Shown piece after piece: positions 7,028-16,534 of a stretch of 64,000 nt of DNA. Both the position numbers and the translations under genes were made by a program. Source of the stretch: Candidatus Kerfeldbacteria bacterium. Lineage in GTDB: Bacteria; Patescibacteriota; Patescibacteriia; SBBC01; CAIJZX01. The DNA lies in assembly GCA_016193315.1 (NCBI GenBank), contig JACPSJ010000001.1:471478-535477 (forward strand), given 5' to 3'. The notes below the pieces were generated by a model. That model saw only the letters and a program-made list of their open reading frames with translations, searched no databases and was not told the DNA's origin. Every line of letters starts with the position of its first letter. Positions within the stretch are counted from its first letter, which is position 1.

Positions 7028-8674
7028 ATGCGTCGCTCCCGGGTCTGGTTCAGTTTTGGCTCCATTGTTGTCCTGGCTTTGTTAGCTGGCTATGTTGACT
7101 GGCCACAGGCACCGAAGCTAACCTTCCCGCCATTCAACCGGTCGTTCCCGCTCCGTCTCGGCCTTGATATTCAAGGCGGCAGCAGTTTGCTGTACGAAGC
7201 CGATGTCAGTAAAGTTCCGGCTGGAGATCGAGATTCGGCCTTGGCCGGTGTGCGCGATGTGATTGAACGCCGGGTCAATGCTTTTGGCGTGGCCGAGCCG
7301 GTGGTCCAAACCAGCCGGGTCGGTGGGCATTACCGCGTGGTGGTGGAACTGGCCGGTATCCATGACGTCAACGAGGCCATCCGTCAAATCGGCGAAACGC
7401 CGCTGTTGGAGTTCCGTAAGCCAGCCGGTCTACCAGACGCCGAAGCGAAGGCCAAGGCCGAAGAAGTACTGGCCAAGGCCAAGCAAGCAGGCAGTGATTT
7501 TTCCGCCCTGGCCAAAGAGTTTTCCGACGACCCCGGCAGTCGCGACCGGGGTGGAGATTTGGGTTTTGCTCGCCCCGGACAGTTTGTGCCAGAGTTCGAG
7601 CAGGCCTTGTTCGATCAATTGACCGTCGGCCAAATCAGCGACCAAACGGTAAAATCAAAATTCGGGTACCACATTATCAAGAAAATAGAAGAACGCGAGG
7701 TGGACGAGGACGAAAAGAAAATCAAGGAGGTTCATGGGGCCCATATCCTAATCGCCAGTCTCGAAAGTTCTCAAGAGGTCGGTAACTACCTGCCGACGAA
7801 ACTGTCGGGGAAACAGCTGCGACGGGCGGACGTGACTTTTGATCCGAATACTGGGGCGCCGGAAGTACAGTTGCAATTCAACGCCGAGGGATCAAAGTTA
7901 TTTGCCGAATTGACGAAGCAATACCTCCAGCGAGTGATTGGCATCTATCTGGATGGCCAGCCAATTAGTCTGCCGGTCGTCCAGTCAGAAATCACCTCTG
8001 GCACGGCGGTCATCACCGGCAACTTCAGTCTCGACGAAGCTAAGCAGTTGGCCCGGCGTTTGAACGCCGGGGCGCTGCCAGTGCCAATCACCCTCGTGAG
8101 CCAGCAGAACGTTGGCGCCAGTCTTGGGCAGTCGGCCGTGGAGCGAAGTTTTGCGGCCGGTTTGCTGGGGCTGGTTTTCGTAGCGGTGTTCATGATCTTG
8201 TACTATCGATTACCTGGCTTGCTGGCCGTCGTGGCCCTGGTGATCTACAGCCTGCTGGTGCTGGCGATTTTTAAGCTCTGGCCGGTGACCCTGACCTTGG
8301 CCGGCATGGCCGGCTTCATCCTCTCGATCGGCATGGCCGTCGATGCTAATATCCTCGTCTTTGAACGAACCAAGGAGGAGCTCCGCGCCGGACGACCATT
8401 ACGGTCGGCGATTGATGAGGGCTTTCGGCGAGCCTGGTTGTCGATTCGTGACTCCAACGTCTCCAGCCTGATTACCTCCTTCATTTTAATTTGGTTTGGC
8501 ACCAGCTTGGTCAAGGGTTTTGCCTTGACCCTAGCCATTGGGATCCTGGTATCGATGTTTTCCGCCTTGACGGTCACCCGCACCTTTCTGCACCTGGTGA
8601 CTGGCCCATGGATGGGCCGGCATTTGTGGCTCTTTGGCGTCTCCAGCGCACCAGCGACTTCGTCCGATGTTTAG
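7028..8674 (+). CDS. secD: Protein translocase subunit SecD with inserted parvulin (PpiC-type) PPIase domain
   Basis: [39 protein letters not shown]; insert [14 protein letters not shown]...GGDLG...FGYHIIK. Confidence 0.97.
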   Translation: MRRSRVWFSFGSIVVLALLAGYVDWPQAPKLTFPPFNRSFPLRLGLDIQGGSSLLYEADVSKVPAGDRDSALAGVRDVIERRVNAFGVAEPVVQTSRVGGHYRVVVELAGIHDVNEAIRQIGETPLLEFRKPAGLPDAEAKAKAEEVLAKAKQAGSDFSALAKEFSDDPGSRDRGGDLGFARPGQFVPEFEQALFDQLTVGQISDQTVKSKFGYHIIKKIEEREVDEDEKKIKEVHGAHILIASLESSQEVGNYLPTKLSGKQLRRADVTFDPNTGAPEVQLQFNAEGSKLFAELTKQYLQRVIGIYLDGQPISLPVVQSEITSGTAVITGNFSLDEAKQLARRLNAGALPVPITLVSQQNVGASLGQSAVERSFAAGLLGLVFVAVFMILYYRLPGLLAVVALVIYSLLVLAIFKLWPVTLTLAGMAGFILSIGMAVDANILVFERTKEELRAGRPLRSAIDEGFRRAWLSIRDSNVSSLITSFILIWFGTSLVKGFALTLAIGILVSMFSALTVTRTFLHLVTGPWMGRHLWLFGVSSAPATSSDV

Positions 8675-9572
8675 GATCATCCAAAAACGCCGCTGGTTGT
8701 TTATCCTGTCACTCCTAATTTTGGTACCAGGGCTGGTGGCGCTCGTTCGATTTGGCCTCAAGCTGGGCATTGACTTTACGGGCGGGACGCGAATGGTAGT
8801 TGCCTTTAGCGGGGACCGACCGAGCGGAACGTCGGTCATCGCCACGGTCAGCGATTTAGACCTCGGCCAAGTGACCACCCAAACCGCGGGTCAGAAAGAA
8901 ATGGTCTTGCGGTTGTCGAGCATCAGTAATGACCAACGTCAGCGCCTGCTGGAGCGATTGCAGGAGAAATTTCCGGGCGCGATGGAAGCCAGTTTCGATT
9001 CGATTGGCCCAACCATCGGCGCCGAACTGCTCCGCAAGGCCTATCTAGCCCTCGGTCTCGTGTTGCTGGCCATCGTGGTCTACGTCAGCTGGGCTTTCCG
9101 GCGGGTCAATGTCGGTCCGGTACCGGCCTCAGTCTACGGTTTGTCCGCCATTGTCGCCTTGGCCCACGATGTCTTGGTAGTGGTCGGCATTTTTGCCATC
9201 CTCGGTCACTATCGTGGAGCGGAAATCGACAGCCTGTTCGTGACCGCGGTCCTGACGGTGCTCGGTTTTTCGGTCCACGACACGATCGTCGTCTTCGACC
9301 GCATTCGCGAACGACTTTTGATCGGTGGTGAGTCGACATTTGAAGACACCGTTAACGTCAGCCTCAACCAGACGCTCACCCGGTCACTCAATACCTCACT
9401 GACCACCTTGTTTGTCCTGGTAGCCCTCTACCTTTTTGGCGGCGAAACGATCAAGTATTTCGTCCTGGCTCTGATCATCGGTATCGTTTCCGGCACCTAC
9501 TCCTCGATTTTCGTGGCCTCGCCATTACTGGTGGTCTACGAAGGCTGGAAGCGGCGGCGGGCACATCGCTAA
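8667..9572 (+). CDS. secF: Protein translocase subunit SecF
   Basis: [42 protein letters not shown]; start ATG 8667. Confidence 0.98.
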   Translation: MFRIIQKRRWLFILSLLILVPGLVALVRFGLKLGIDFTGGTRMVVAFSGDRPSGTSVIATVSDLDLGQVTTQTAGQKEMVLRLSSISNDQRQRLLERLQEKFPGAMEASFDSIGPTIGAELLRKAYLALGLVLLAIVVYVSWAFRRVNVGPVPASVYGLSAIVALAHDVLVVVGIFAILGHYRGAEIDSLFVTAVLTVLGFSVHDTIVVFDRIRERLLIGGESTFEDTVNVSLNQTLTRSLNTSLTTLFVLVALYLFGGETIKYFVLALIIGIVSGTYSSIFVASPLLVVYEGWKRRRAHR

Positions 9573-9715
9573 CATCCACGAACGAGCTCTGACGTTTTTG
9601 TTGGCAACAGAGTCTTCTTTCTGTACAAAACAGAGAGCAGTTTTCTTAGATGCTGGTCTTACAGAGCAGCACCACTGGACTATTGGGTCAGCTATGTTAC
9701 TATCACCCACGGAAC

Positions 9716-9744
9716 TTGACAGAGTTGCAACAAAATGCTATATT
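9716..9744 (+). promoter_or_regulatory. Near-consensus sigma70 promoter
   Basis: TTGACA-17 bp-TATATT with TGn. Confidence 0.75.
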
Positions 9745-9769
9745 CAATATTGACAGCAATTTATGGTCA

Positions 9770-10960
9770 ATGGCCGTTGAGCAACAATCTTCCGCCGGAT
9801 CGGGCGGTTCCCTTTTGGACCGAGTGCTGCTGAGCCAGCAGTCGGTCGCGCTTGAGCATTTCGATCCGGCCGACATTGTCAACGAACTACTGAAACAACT
9901 GTCGACCAAAGAGACCGACGTCTTGCGCCGTCGGTTTGCGCTGGGGCAGGAGGAAAGAGAAACGCTGGAGAAAATCGGCCAGCGGTACCACGTCACGCGG
10001 GAACGAGTACGGCAAATCGAACGCTGGGCGATTGACCGTCTCCGCCACTCCGGCCCGACCAGAACCTTACTTCACGATCTCGATGTCCTCTTGCAGCAAG
10101 TCTTGGAAGAACATGGCGGTTTGATGCGAGCAGACGAATTGTTCCAAGCTCTCCACAGCCATTCGTCACAAACCGCCCAATCTCAAGCGGCGATCGAATT
10201 TCTGCTCCACGAACTGATGACTGAGAAAGTTGAACGGCGATCGGGGCTCGGGATGAAGCCGTACTGGAAGTTGCGTTTCGGCAGCTTTGAACTGATGCCG
10301 CAGGTCATCGCCGAAGCCGAACGGGTCATTCGGGAGGTCGGCAAACCAATGGACCGGGATCGGCTGCTAGCCGGACTCAGGCAGCGGCCGCTCATTCGCG
10401 AGCAAGCTGAGCAACTCAGCGATCAGATCATCCTCAGCTACCTCAGCGTAGCCAAATCGATTGAGCGGAATCCCTATGGTGAGTACGGTCTGCGGAGCTG
10501 GGGCAGCATTATTCCCCGGCGGATGCACGACAAAATCCTGCTGGTCATGCGCAAGCACGGTCAGCCTCTCCACTTTCAGGAGATTACGCAGAAGATCAAC
10601 GAAATGGGTTTTGACCAGCGTCAGGCCTACCCGCCGACCGTCCACAACGAACTGATCCTCAACGACGAATACGTATTGGTTGGTCGCGGGATCTACGCTC
10701 TGCGCGAATGGGGCTACCAGCCGGGGGTAGTGGCCGATGTCCTAGCCAGCACTCTCCGCCAAGCCGGACGACCGCTGGCCCGGGAAGAGCTGGTGGAGAA
10801 AGTACTCCAACAACGAATGGTGAAACGGAACACCATCCACCTGGCCCTGACCAACAAACAGCGCTTCCATCGTTTACCCGATGGGCGATACGAGCTGGTC
10901 GAATCGGCCAGCGGCCACGGTCCCCTCCTGGTCAAAGGTAAAATATCATCGGCCGAATGA
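9770..10960 (+). CDS. Sigma70 region-4 HTH plus multiple winged/HARE-HTH domains (CPR-type RNAP-associated or regulatory protein)
   Basis: L..KE.DVLRRRF.L....TLEKIGQRYHVTRERVRQIE; C-terminal PLHF.EI..I..TVHNELI..YVLVGRGIYAL.EWGY; no sigma region 2 seen. Confidence 0.8.
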   Translation: MAVEQQSSAGSGGSLLDRVLLSQQSVALEHFDPADIVNELLKQLSTKETDVLRRRFALGQEERETLEKIGQRYHVTRERVRQIERWAIDRLRHSGPTRTLLHDLDVLLQQVLEEHGGLMRADELFQALHSHSSQTAQSQAAIEFLLHELMTEKVERRSGLGMKPYWKLRFGSFELMPQVIAEAERVIREVGKPMDRDRLLAGLRQRPLIREQAEQLSDQIILSYLSVAKSIERNPYGEYGLRSWGSIIPRRMHDKILLVMRKHGQPLHFQEITQKINEMGFDQRQAYPPTVHNELILNDEYVLVGRGIYALREWGYQPGVVADVLASTLRQAGRPLAREELVEKVLQQRMVKRNTIHLALTNKQRFHRLPDGRYELVESASGHGPLLVKGKISSAE

Positions 10961-11049
10961 AACGAGGCTTAGTAGTCGGTTTGGCGAGGAGATTGTAAGC
11001 CGGCCGCTAGGATCATCAACCGAAAGGGGCATCTCCTAACAAACACTCG

Positions 11050-12444
11050 ATGGACATTTCGATCGTCATTCCGGAGTTCGCCAACCCCTTCGCTGCGCTG
11101 TGGTGGGCCTTTACCCACGGCGGTTTTATCATTGTCATCATTGCCCTCGGCTATGGCTTCTGGTGGATCTACCTCCAGGCGATTCAGATTCGTTTTTTGA
11201 CGAGGCGGCGCTATGTCTTACTAGCCATCGATGTGCCCAAAGAGAACGAACAGACCCCCAAAGCGGTTGAGCACATCTTCAGTCACTTTTCTGGCATCTA
11301 CCGTCAGGCCAACCTGGTTGAAAAATATGTCCACGGTTATGTCCAGCTGGCCATTAGCGTCGAACTCGTTTCACTCGGCGGCTACATCCAGTACCTCGTC
11401 CGTTGTCCGGCCGAGCACCGCGACTTGGTGGAGGCGGCCATCTACGCCCAGTATCCTGAGGCCGAAATCTCCGAAGTCGAAGACTATGCCTTTCAAGTCG
11501 CCCCCAAATTCCCGAACGATGAATACGACGTCTGGGCGTCCGAACTCGAGCTGACGAACAAAGAGGCCTACCCGATTCGCACCTATCCTTTGTGGGAACA
11601 CCCGTTAACGCAGACATTCCTGGACCCGATGGCGGCGTTACTGGAAGTTTTGGCCCGCCTCCGGGAAGGCGAACAAATCTGGTTACAGTGGGTCATCCGT
11701 CCACCGGCGAACGACCGCTGGCGGGAACGTGGCTTGGACCTGATTAACAAGCTGATCGGCGCGAAAGTCAAACCCAAGCGCGGCGCTCTTGATGTCCTGG
11801 TCGATACGCCAAGCAATGTCCTGATCGGTACCTACGAAACGATCACCCGGACACTGTTCGAACCAACTAGCGTCACCCAACGGCAGGAGAACGGACCGCC
11901 CAGCCTGATGCAACATTTGGCGCCGAACGTGCGGGCCGTGGTCGAAGGGATCGGTATCAAGATCTCGAAAACCGGCTTTCAAACGAAGGGCCGATTCGTG
12001 TACCTCGGTCGGAAAGATGTCTTCGATCGCACGCGAGTGAACGCCATTTTCGGTGCCTTGCGACAGTTTGCTTCGATGGACATGAACGGTTTCAAGCCGG
12101 ACAAGAAAATGAAAACGAAGCGGAATTATTTTCGGGTTGAGCAGCGAGAAGCAGTCTTGAAACGGCGGATCATCCTCGGCTATCGCGATCGTAGCCTATG
12201 GGCCGGGCGCTCGACGTACGTGCTGAACATCGAAGAGCTGGCCTCGGTTTGGCACTTCCCCGTGCGGACAGTCAAGGCGCCGCTGGTGAAGAAGACTGAA
12301 GCCAAGCGGGGCGAGCCGCCAAGCGCCCTGCCGCTCGGTCAGTTGCCGGAACGGCCGGCCACGCCAACCATGTCTAGCCCCGGGCCCGCCATCGCCCCCG
12401 GTCCGACGCGCGGCGCGGCACCCGAAAACCTGCCAGTCGCCTAG
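11050..12444 (+). CDS. Membrane-anchored conserved protein, partner of VirD4-like ATPase
   Basis: N-terminal TM helix; LLAIDVPKENEQTPKAVEHIF, AIYAQYPEAEI.EVEDY, YPIRTY, LNIEELASVWHFP; 2 nt from next gene. Confidence 0.75.
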   Translation: MDISIVIPEFANPFAALWWAFTHGGFIIVIIALGYGFWWIYLQAIQIRFLTRRRYVLLAIDVPKENEQTPKAVEHIFSHFSGIYRQANLVEKYVHGYVQLAISVELVSLGGYIQYLVRCPAEHRDLVEAAIYAQYPEAEISEVEDYAFQVAPKFPNDEYDVWASELELTNKEAYPIRTYPLWEHPLTQTFLDPMAALLEVLARLREGEQIWLQWVIRPPANDRWRERGLDLINKLIGAKVKPKRGALDVLVDTPSNVLIGTYETITRTLFEPTSVTQRQENGPPSLMQHLAPNVRAVVEGIGIKISKTGFQTKGRFVYLGRKDVFDRTRVNAIFGALRQFASMDMNGFKPDKKMKTKRNYFRVEQREAVLKRRIILGYRDRSLWAGRSTYVLNIEELASVWHFPVRTVKAPLVKKTEAKRGEPPSALPLGQLPERPATPTMSSPGPAIAPGPTRGAAPENLPVA

Positions 12445-12446
12445 CC

Positions 12447-14141
12447 ATGCCCGACACTACTGCTGACAATCCGGTCCTGACCCTCTTCGCGACCACTAAT
12501 TTCCGTGGCGTGAAGCGGCCGTTCGGCATCAAACTTGATGATCGGCGGCGTCACATGTATATCATCGGCAAAACTGGGATGGGCAAGTCGACGATGTTGG
12601 AGAATATGATCATCCAAGATATTCGGGCTGGCCGTGGCTTAGCCGTAGTCGACCCACACGGCGATCTAGTCGAGAAAATAGTTAAGTTCATTCCCTCGTA
12701 CCGGGTCAATGATGTGGTCTATTTAAATCCGGCCGACGCCGACTACCCGATCGCCTTCAACATCCTGGAAACGATCAATCCCAGCCAGCGCCACCTGGTG
12801 GCTTCGGGGTTAATTGCCGTCTTTAAGAAACTGTGGATCGATTCGTGGGGGCCGCGGCTGGAATATATCTTGCGGAACACGATCCTGGCCCTGATCGAAT
12901 ACCCCGGCTCGACGCTCCTGGGCGTGACCAGGATGCTGGTCGATAAAGAGTACCGCCAAAAAGTTGTCCGGCACATTACTGACCCGATTATCAAAGTCTT
13001 TTGGCAAACTGAGTTCACCGCTTACGCTAACCAATTCCGAACTGAAGCAGTGGCCCCAATCCAAAACAAAATTGGGCAGTTCCTCTCGAGCTCGATCATC
13101 CGCAACATCGTCGGCCAGCCGAAATCGACCATCGACATGCGCGAGATCATGGATAACGGTAAAATCCTGCTGCTTAATTTGGCCAAGGGCCGGATCGGCG
13201 AAGATAACGCCGCGCTCCTCGGGGCGATGATGATCACCAAACTCCAGGTGGCCGCCATGAGTCGGATTGATGTCCCCGAGAACGAGCGCCGGGATTTCTA
13301 CCTCTACGTTGATGAATTCCAAAACTTCGCCACCGAGTCATTCGCCAACATCCTCTCAGAAGCCCGGAAGTATCGGCTCGACCTGATCATTGCCCACCAG
13401 TACATCGAACAGCTCGATGAGACTGTCCGGGCCGCCGTTTTCGGTAACGTCGGGACGCTGATCTGTTTTCGCGTCGGAGCCGCCGACGCCGAGTTCCTGG
13501 CCAAGGAATTCTTTCCGGTCTTCACGGAAACTGACTTGGTTAATCTGACCAAGTTCGACATGTATCTGAAACTGATGATTGATGGCGTGGCCTCCGAACC
13601 TTTTTCCGCCACCGGCCTACCACCAGTGGATAAGCCGGATGAACTCCAAGACCGGATTATCCGCGTCTCCCGGGAGCGCTATGCCAAGCAACGAGAGGTA
13701 GTCGAGGAGAAAATCTCTCGCTGGTCAGGGATGATGGTCGAAGCCGCGCTCCAGGAAGGCGGCCGGCCCGAGGGTCGTGGTCGCCGAGAATCAGGCGGCC
13801 CGGGGCCGGCCGAAACCCGCGACGGCACACCGAAACCCGCGGTGGAAATACAGAGTCGTCAGCCAGTCGTGACTGAGGGTATTCCCGCGCCCATCTCGCT
13901 GAGCCAGGCGCTTCGTCCAGATTCGCCGCGCCCCGGCCCAGATCGGCCGCGCCGGGATCGACGCCGGCCTCCCCGTCATCGCCCGCCGCCGCGGGCACCA
14001 GCGGCAACGACCGAAGCGGCGTCCATGCCGACGGCCACGAGTCGGCCACCACCGCTGACGCCGCCATCTCCACTCAGTCCAACCCCGCCGACCCCAAAAC
14101 CGTCCCCCCTCCAACCCGGTCAAGTCGTCCATCCATTATAA
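12447..14141 (+). CDS. VirD4/TrwB/TraD-like (HerA-FtsK superfamily) ATPase with Pro/Arg-rich tail
   Basis: Walker A GKTGMGKS, VVDPHGD, Walker B LYVDEFQNF, SEARKY, AHQY. Confidence 0.9.
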   Translation: MPDTTADNPVLTLFATTNFRGVKRPFGIKLDDRRRHMYIIGKTGMGKSTMLENMIIQDIRAGRGLAVVDPHGDLVEKIVKFIPSYRVNDVVYLNPADADYPIAFNILETINPSQRHLVASGLIAVFKKLWIDSWGPRLEYILRNTILALIEYPGSTLLGVTRMLVDKEYRQKVVRHITDPIIKVFWQTEFTAYANQFRTEAVAPIQNKIGQFLSSSIIRNIVGQPKSTIDMREIMDNGKILLLNLAKGRIGEDNAALLGAMMITKLQVAAMSRIDVPENERRDFYLYVDEFQNFATESFANILSEARKYRLDLIIAHQYIEQLDETVRAAVFGNVGTLICFRVGAADAEFLAKEFFPVFTETDLVNLTKFDMYLKLMIDGVASEPFSATGLPPVDKPDELQDRIIRVSRERYAKQREVVEEKISRWSGMMVEAALQEGGRPEGRGRRESGGPGPAETRDGTPKPAVEIQSRQPVVTEGIPAPISLSQALRPDSPRPGPDRPRRDRRRPPRHRPPPRAPAATTEAASMPTATSRPPPLTPPSPLSPTPPTPKPSPLQPGQVVHPL

Positions 14142-14162
14142 GTTTGGTATACTCGGCAAGCA

Positions 14163-15047
14163 ATGAGCAAGGTATCATGCGTTATTCCTGCTTACAACGA
14201 GGCTGAAAGTCTGCCGCACTTGTGGGCGCAATTGGAACCGGTCTTGCAAGCCTACCCCGACTGGGAGGCGATTGTGGTCAGTGACGGCAGCACGGATTCG
14301 ACCGTCGACGTCGTCCGACAACTTAGCCAACGCCAAGCGCGGCTTCGGCTGGTTGAACAGGGGCGGAATCTTGGTAAATCGGCGGCGCTCATGGCCGGCT
14401 TTGCGGCCGTGACCGGTGACATCATTGTCACCATTGATGCCGATTTGCAAGACGACCCGGCAGAAATTCCCAAGTTGGTAGATGAACTTGAACGCCGTCC
14501 CTACGATGTGGTCGGTGGGTGGAAACAACATCGGCGCGATCCGTGGATAAAAGTACTGTCTTCGAAAATCTTCAATCGCCTGGCCAACCGCGCCCTAAAG
14601 ACAAATTTCCATGATCTCAATTGTGGACTGAAAGTTTTTCGTCGCCCGGTGGTAGACCAGCTTGACCTATACGGCGACCTCTATCGATTCATTCCGCTCT
14701 TGGCGGTGGCCGATGGCTGGCGGGTCGGCGAAGTACCGGTCGCCCATCGGGCCCGGCAGTATGGGCACTCGAAGTATGGGCTACGGCTGAACGGCGCCTT
14801 TGACCTGATTAGTATCCTGCTGCTGACGAAGTACCGCCACCGACCACTCCACTTCTTCGGACGCTGGGGGGGTCTGCTCGTACTCGTTGGCAGCGGCCTA
14901 CTTGTTTATCTTGCTATTATCCATTGGCGGGGGCAGGCCATCGGTGAACGACCGCTGCTTATTTTCGGGGTGCTATTCGTCTTGTCCGGACTACAGCTGT
15001 TTTTCACTGGCTTGCTTGGCGATCTGATTGTCCAACGAAAACGATAA
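14163..15047 (+). CDS. GT2 glycosyltransferase, polyprenol-phosphate type (DPM1/ArnC-like)
   Basis: VIPAYNE, DGSTD, NLGKS.AL, DADLQDDP, two C-terminal TM helices. Confidence 0.93.
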   Translation: MSKVSCVIPAYNEAESLPHLWAQLEPVLQAYPDWEAIVVSDGSTDSTVDVVRQLSQRQARLRLVEQGRNLGKSAALMAGFAAVTGDIIVTIDADLQDDPAEIPKLVDELERRPYDVVGGWKQHRRDPWIKVLSSKIFNRLANRALKTNFHDLNCGLKVFRRPVVDQLDLYGDLYRFIPLLAVADGWRVGEVPVAHRARQYGHSKYGLRLNGAFDLISILLLTKYRHRPLHFFGRWGGLLVLVGSGLLVYLAIIHWRGQAIGERPLLIFGVLFVLSGLQLFFTGLLGDLIVQRKR

Positions 15048-15637
15048 TGGCGACCACGAACCGGCAGAAGTTCGCCACCGGCAACGTTGTTGTTCAAAGA
15101 TTGATCAACCGTTTTCACCATCAGATCAGCAACTTGGTGGCCGAGCTTCAGCCACAGAATATCTTGGAAGTCGGCTGTGGCGAAGGATTCCTGCTCGATG
15201 TTCTCCACCGGCGCCTGCCGGAGGTGCCAATCTTGGGTTTGGACAACAGTCAGGACGCCCTGTCTGATGGGCATCGATTATTTCCCGATCTGCCGCTCGA
15301 GTTTGGTGATATCTACCACCTGGTGCAACCCGACCGCAGTTGGGATGTGGTGGTGGCCAGTGAAGTTCTCGAACACCTCGACCGACCGAACGAAGCCTTA
15401 GCCGAACTACACCGGGTCGCCCAACGCTATGTTGTGCTGTCGGTGCCCTGGGAACCGTGGTTTCAACTTGGATCGCTGGCCCGGGGCAAGCATCTGCAAC
15501 GCTGGGGTAACCATCCCGAACATCTTAACCGCTGGAATCCGGTCACCTTTCGTCGCTTGGTCAGCCAGCGCCTGGTTGTAGAACGGATGTCCACGCAATC
15601 TTCGTTCCCATGGATGATCGTGGTGGCCAGGGTGTAG
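15047..15637 (+). CDS. Class I SAM-dependent methyltransferase
   Basis: ILEVGCGEG, DVVVASEVLEHL. Confidence 0.92.
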   Translation: MATTNRQKFATGNVVVQRLINRFHHQISNLVAELQPQNILEVGCGEGFLLDVLHRRLPEVPILGLDNSQDALSDGHRLFPDLPLEFGDIYHLVQPDRSWDVVVASEVLEHLDRPNEALAELHRVAQRYVVLSVPWEPWFQLGSLARGKHLQRWGNHPEHLNRWNPVTFRRLVSQRLVVERMSTQSSFPWMIVVARV

Positions 15638-16506
15638 GCTGGTCTCGGTTATTCGGCTGGGGGCTGGCGGTGCTGGCCCTGTGGTTTGTTTTTCGTTGGC
15701 TACGCGGCGTTGATCCGCTGGTCTGGCAGCAGTTTCAGTCGCTTGAGGTTACCTCGGTGCTCATCTCTTTCGTTCTGTTCCAGGGCTGGTTTGTATTGCG
15801 GTACCTGGGCTGGGAATTTATCAGCCGTCGCTATGGATTGGATAGCCAGCGTGCATCGAACCTGCGGATGTGGACCCTGAGTGAATTGATGCGGTACATC
15901 CCGGGGAATGTCTGGTCCTTCGCCGCGCGATATCGCGGCGCCAAGGAGCGGGGGACGGGCCGCCGCGGCGCGGCTGTATCCTTAGTGGTCGAAGCGTCGA
16001 ATCTTGTTGCCGGAGCAGCCTTGGTAGCGGCCGTTTTTTGGCGTCCGGAGTGGTGGCTACTGTGGCTATTGGCAGCCGGGGTGTTTGTCACCATCTGGCC
16101 GTGGCTGGTGCGTCGCTTAGCCAGTTGGCGGAAATGGGAATTCCCAAAACCACTGTCATACCGTGATAGCGTGGTGCTCCTGGGAGTCTACCTGGCGGTG
16201 TGGTTGCTCTACGGCCTAGCGCAAGCCATCATCATCTTGTCGATTCCAGGGCTGTCGACTCCGGGCTTGACGTTTCTTCTGGGCATCAATGTCACTGCCT
16301 GGCTGATCGGCTACGTCAGCGTGATCACGCCGATGGGCTTGGGCGTGCGGGAAGTGGCCTTTGTGACATTGCTCAAAAACACGATTGCCCCCGGGGTCGG
16401 CAGCATGCTGGCCGTCCTGACACGTGTCTGGCTCGTGGTGTGTGAACTGGCTTTTCTCGGCCTAGTCACGATTTTCACCAGTCGTCGTCCGGGGTCACTT
16501 GAATAA
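15610..16506 (+). CDS. Lysylphosphatidylglycerol synthase TM-domain / flippase-like membrane protein
   Basis: Multi-TM; RYIPGNVW and TPMGLGVRE motifs. Confidence 0.8.
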   Translation: MDDRGGQGVGWSRLFGWGLAVLALWFVFRWLRGVDPLVWQQFQSLEVTSVLISFVLFQGWFVLRYLGWEFISRRYGLDSQRASNLRMWTLSELMRYIPGNVWSFAARYRGAKERGTGRRGAAVSLVVEASNLVAGAALVAAVFWRPEWWLLWLLAAGVFVTIWPWLVRRLASWRKWEFPKPLSYRDSVVLLGVYLAVWLLYGLAQAIIILSIPGLSTPGLTFLLGINVTAWLIGYVSVITPMGLGVREVAFVTLLKNTIAPGVGSMLAVLTRVWLVVCELAFLGLVTIFTSRRPGSLE

Positions 16507-16534
16507 GCAGCCACATGATGATAGTCTGCGGCGC

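Noticed and set aside
11050-14141. Conjugative element/ICE
   Set aside because: No relaxase, VirB genes, integrase or att repeats; flanks are housekeeping genes with similar composition.
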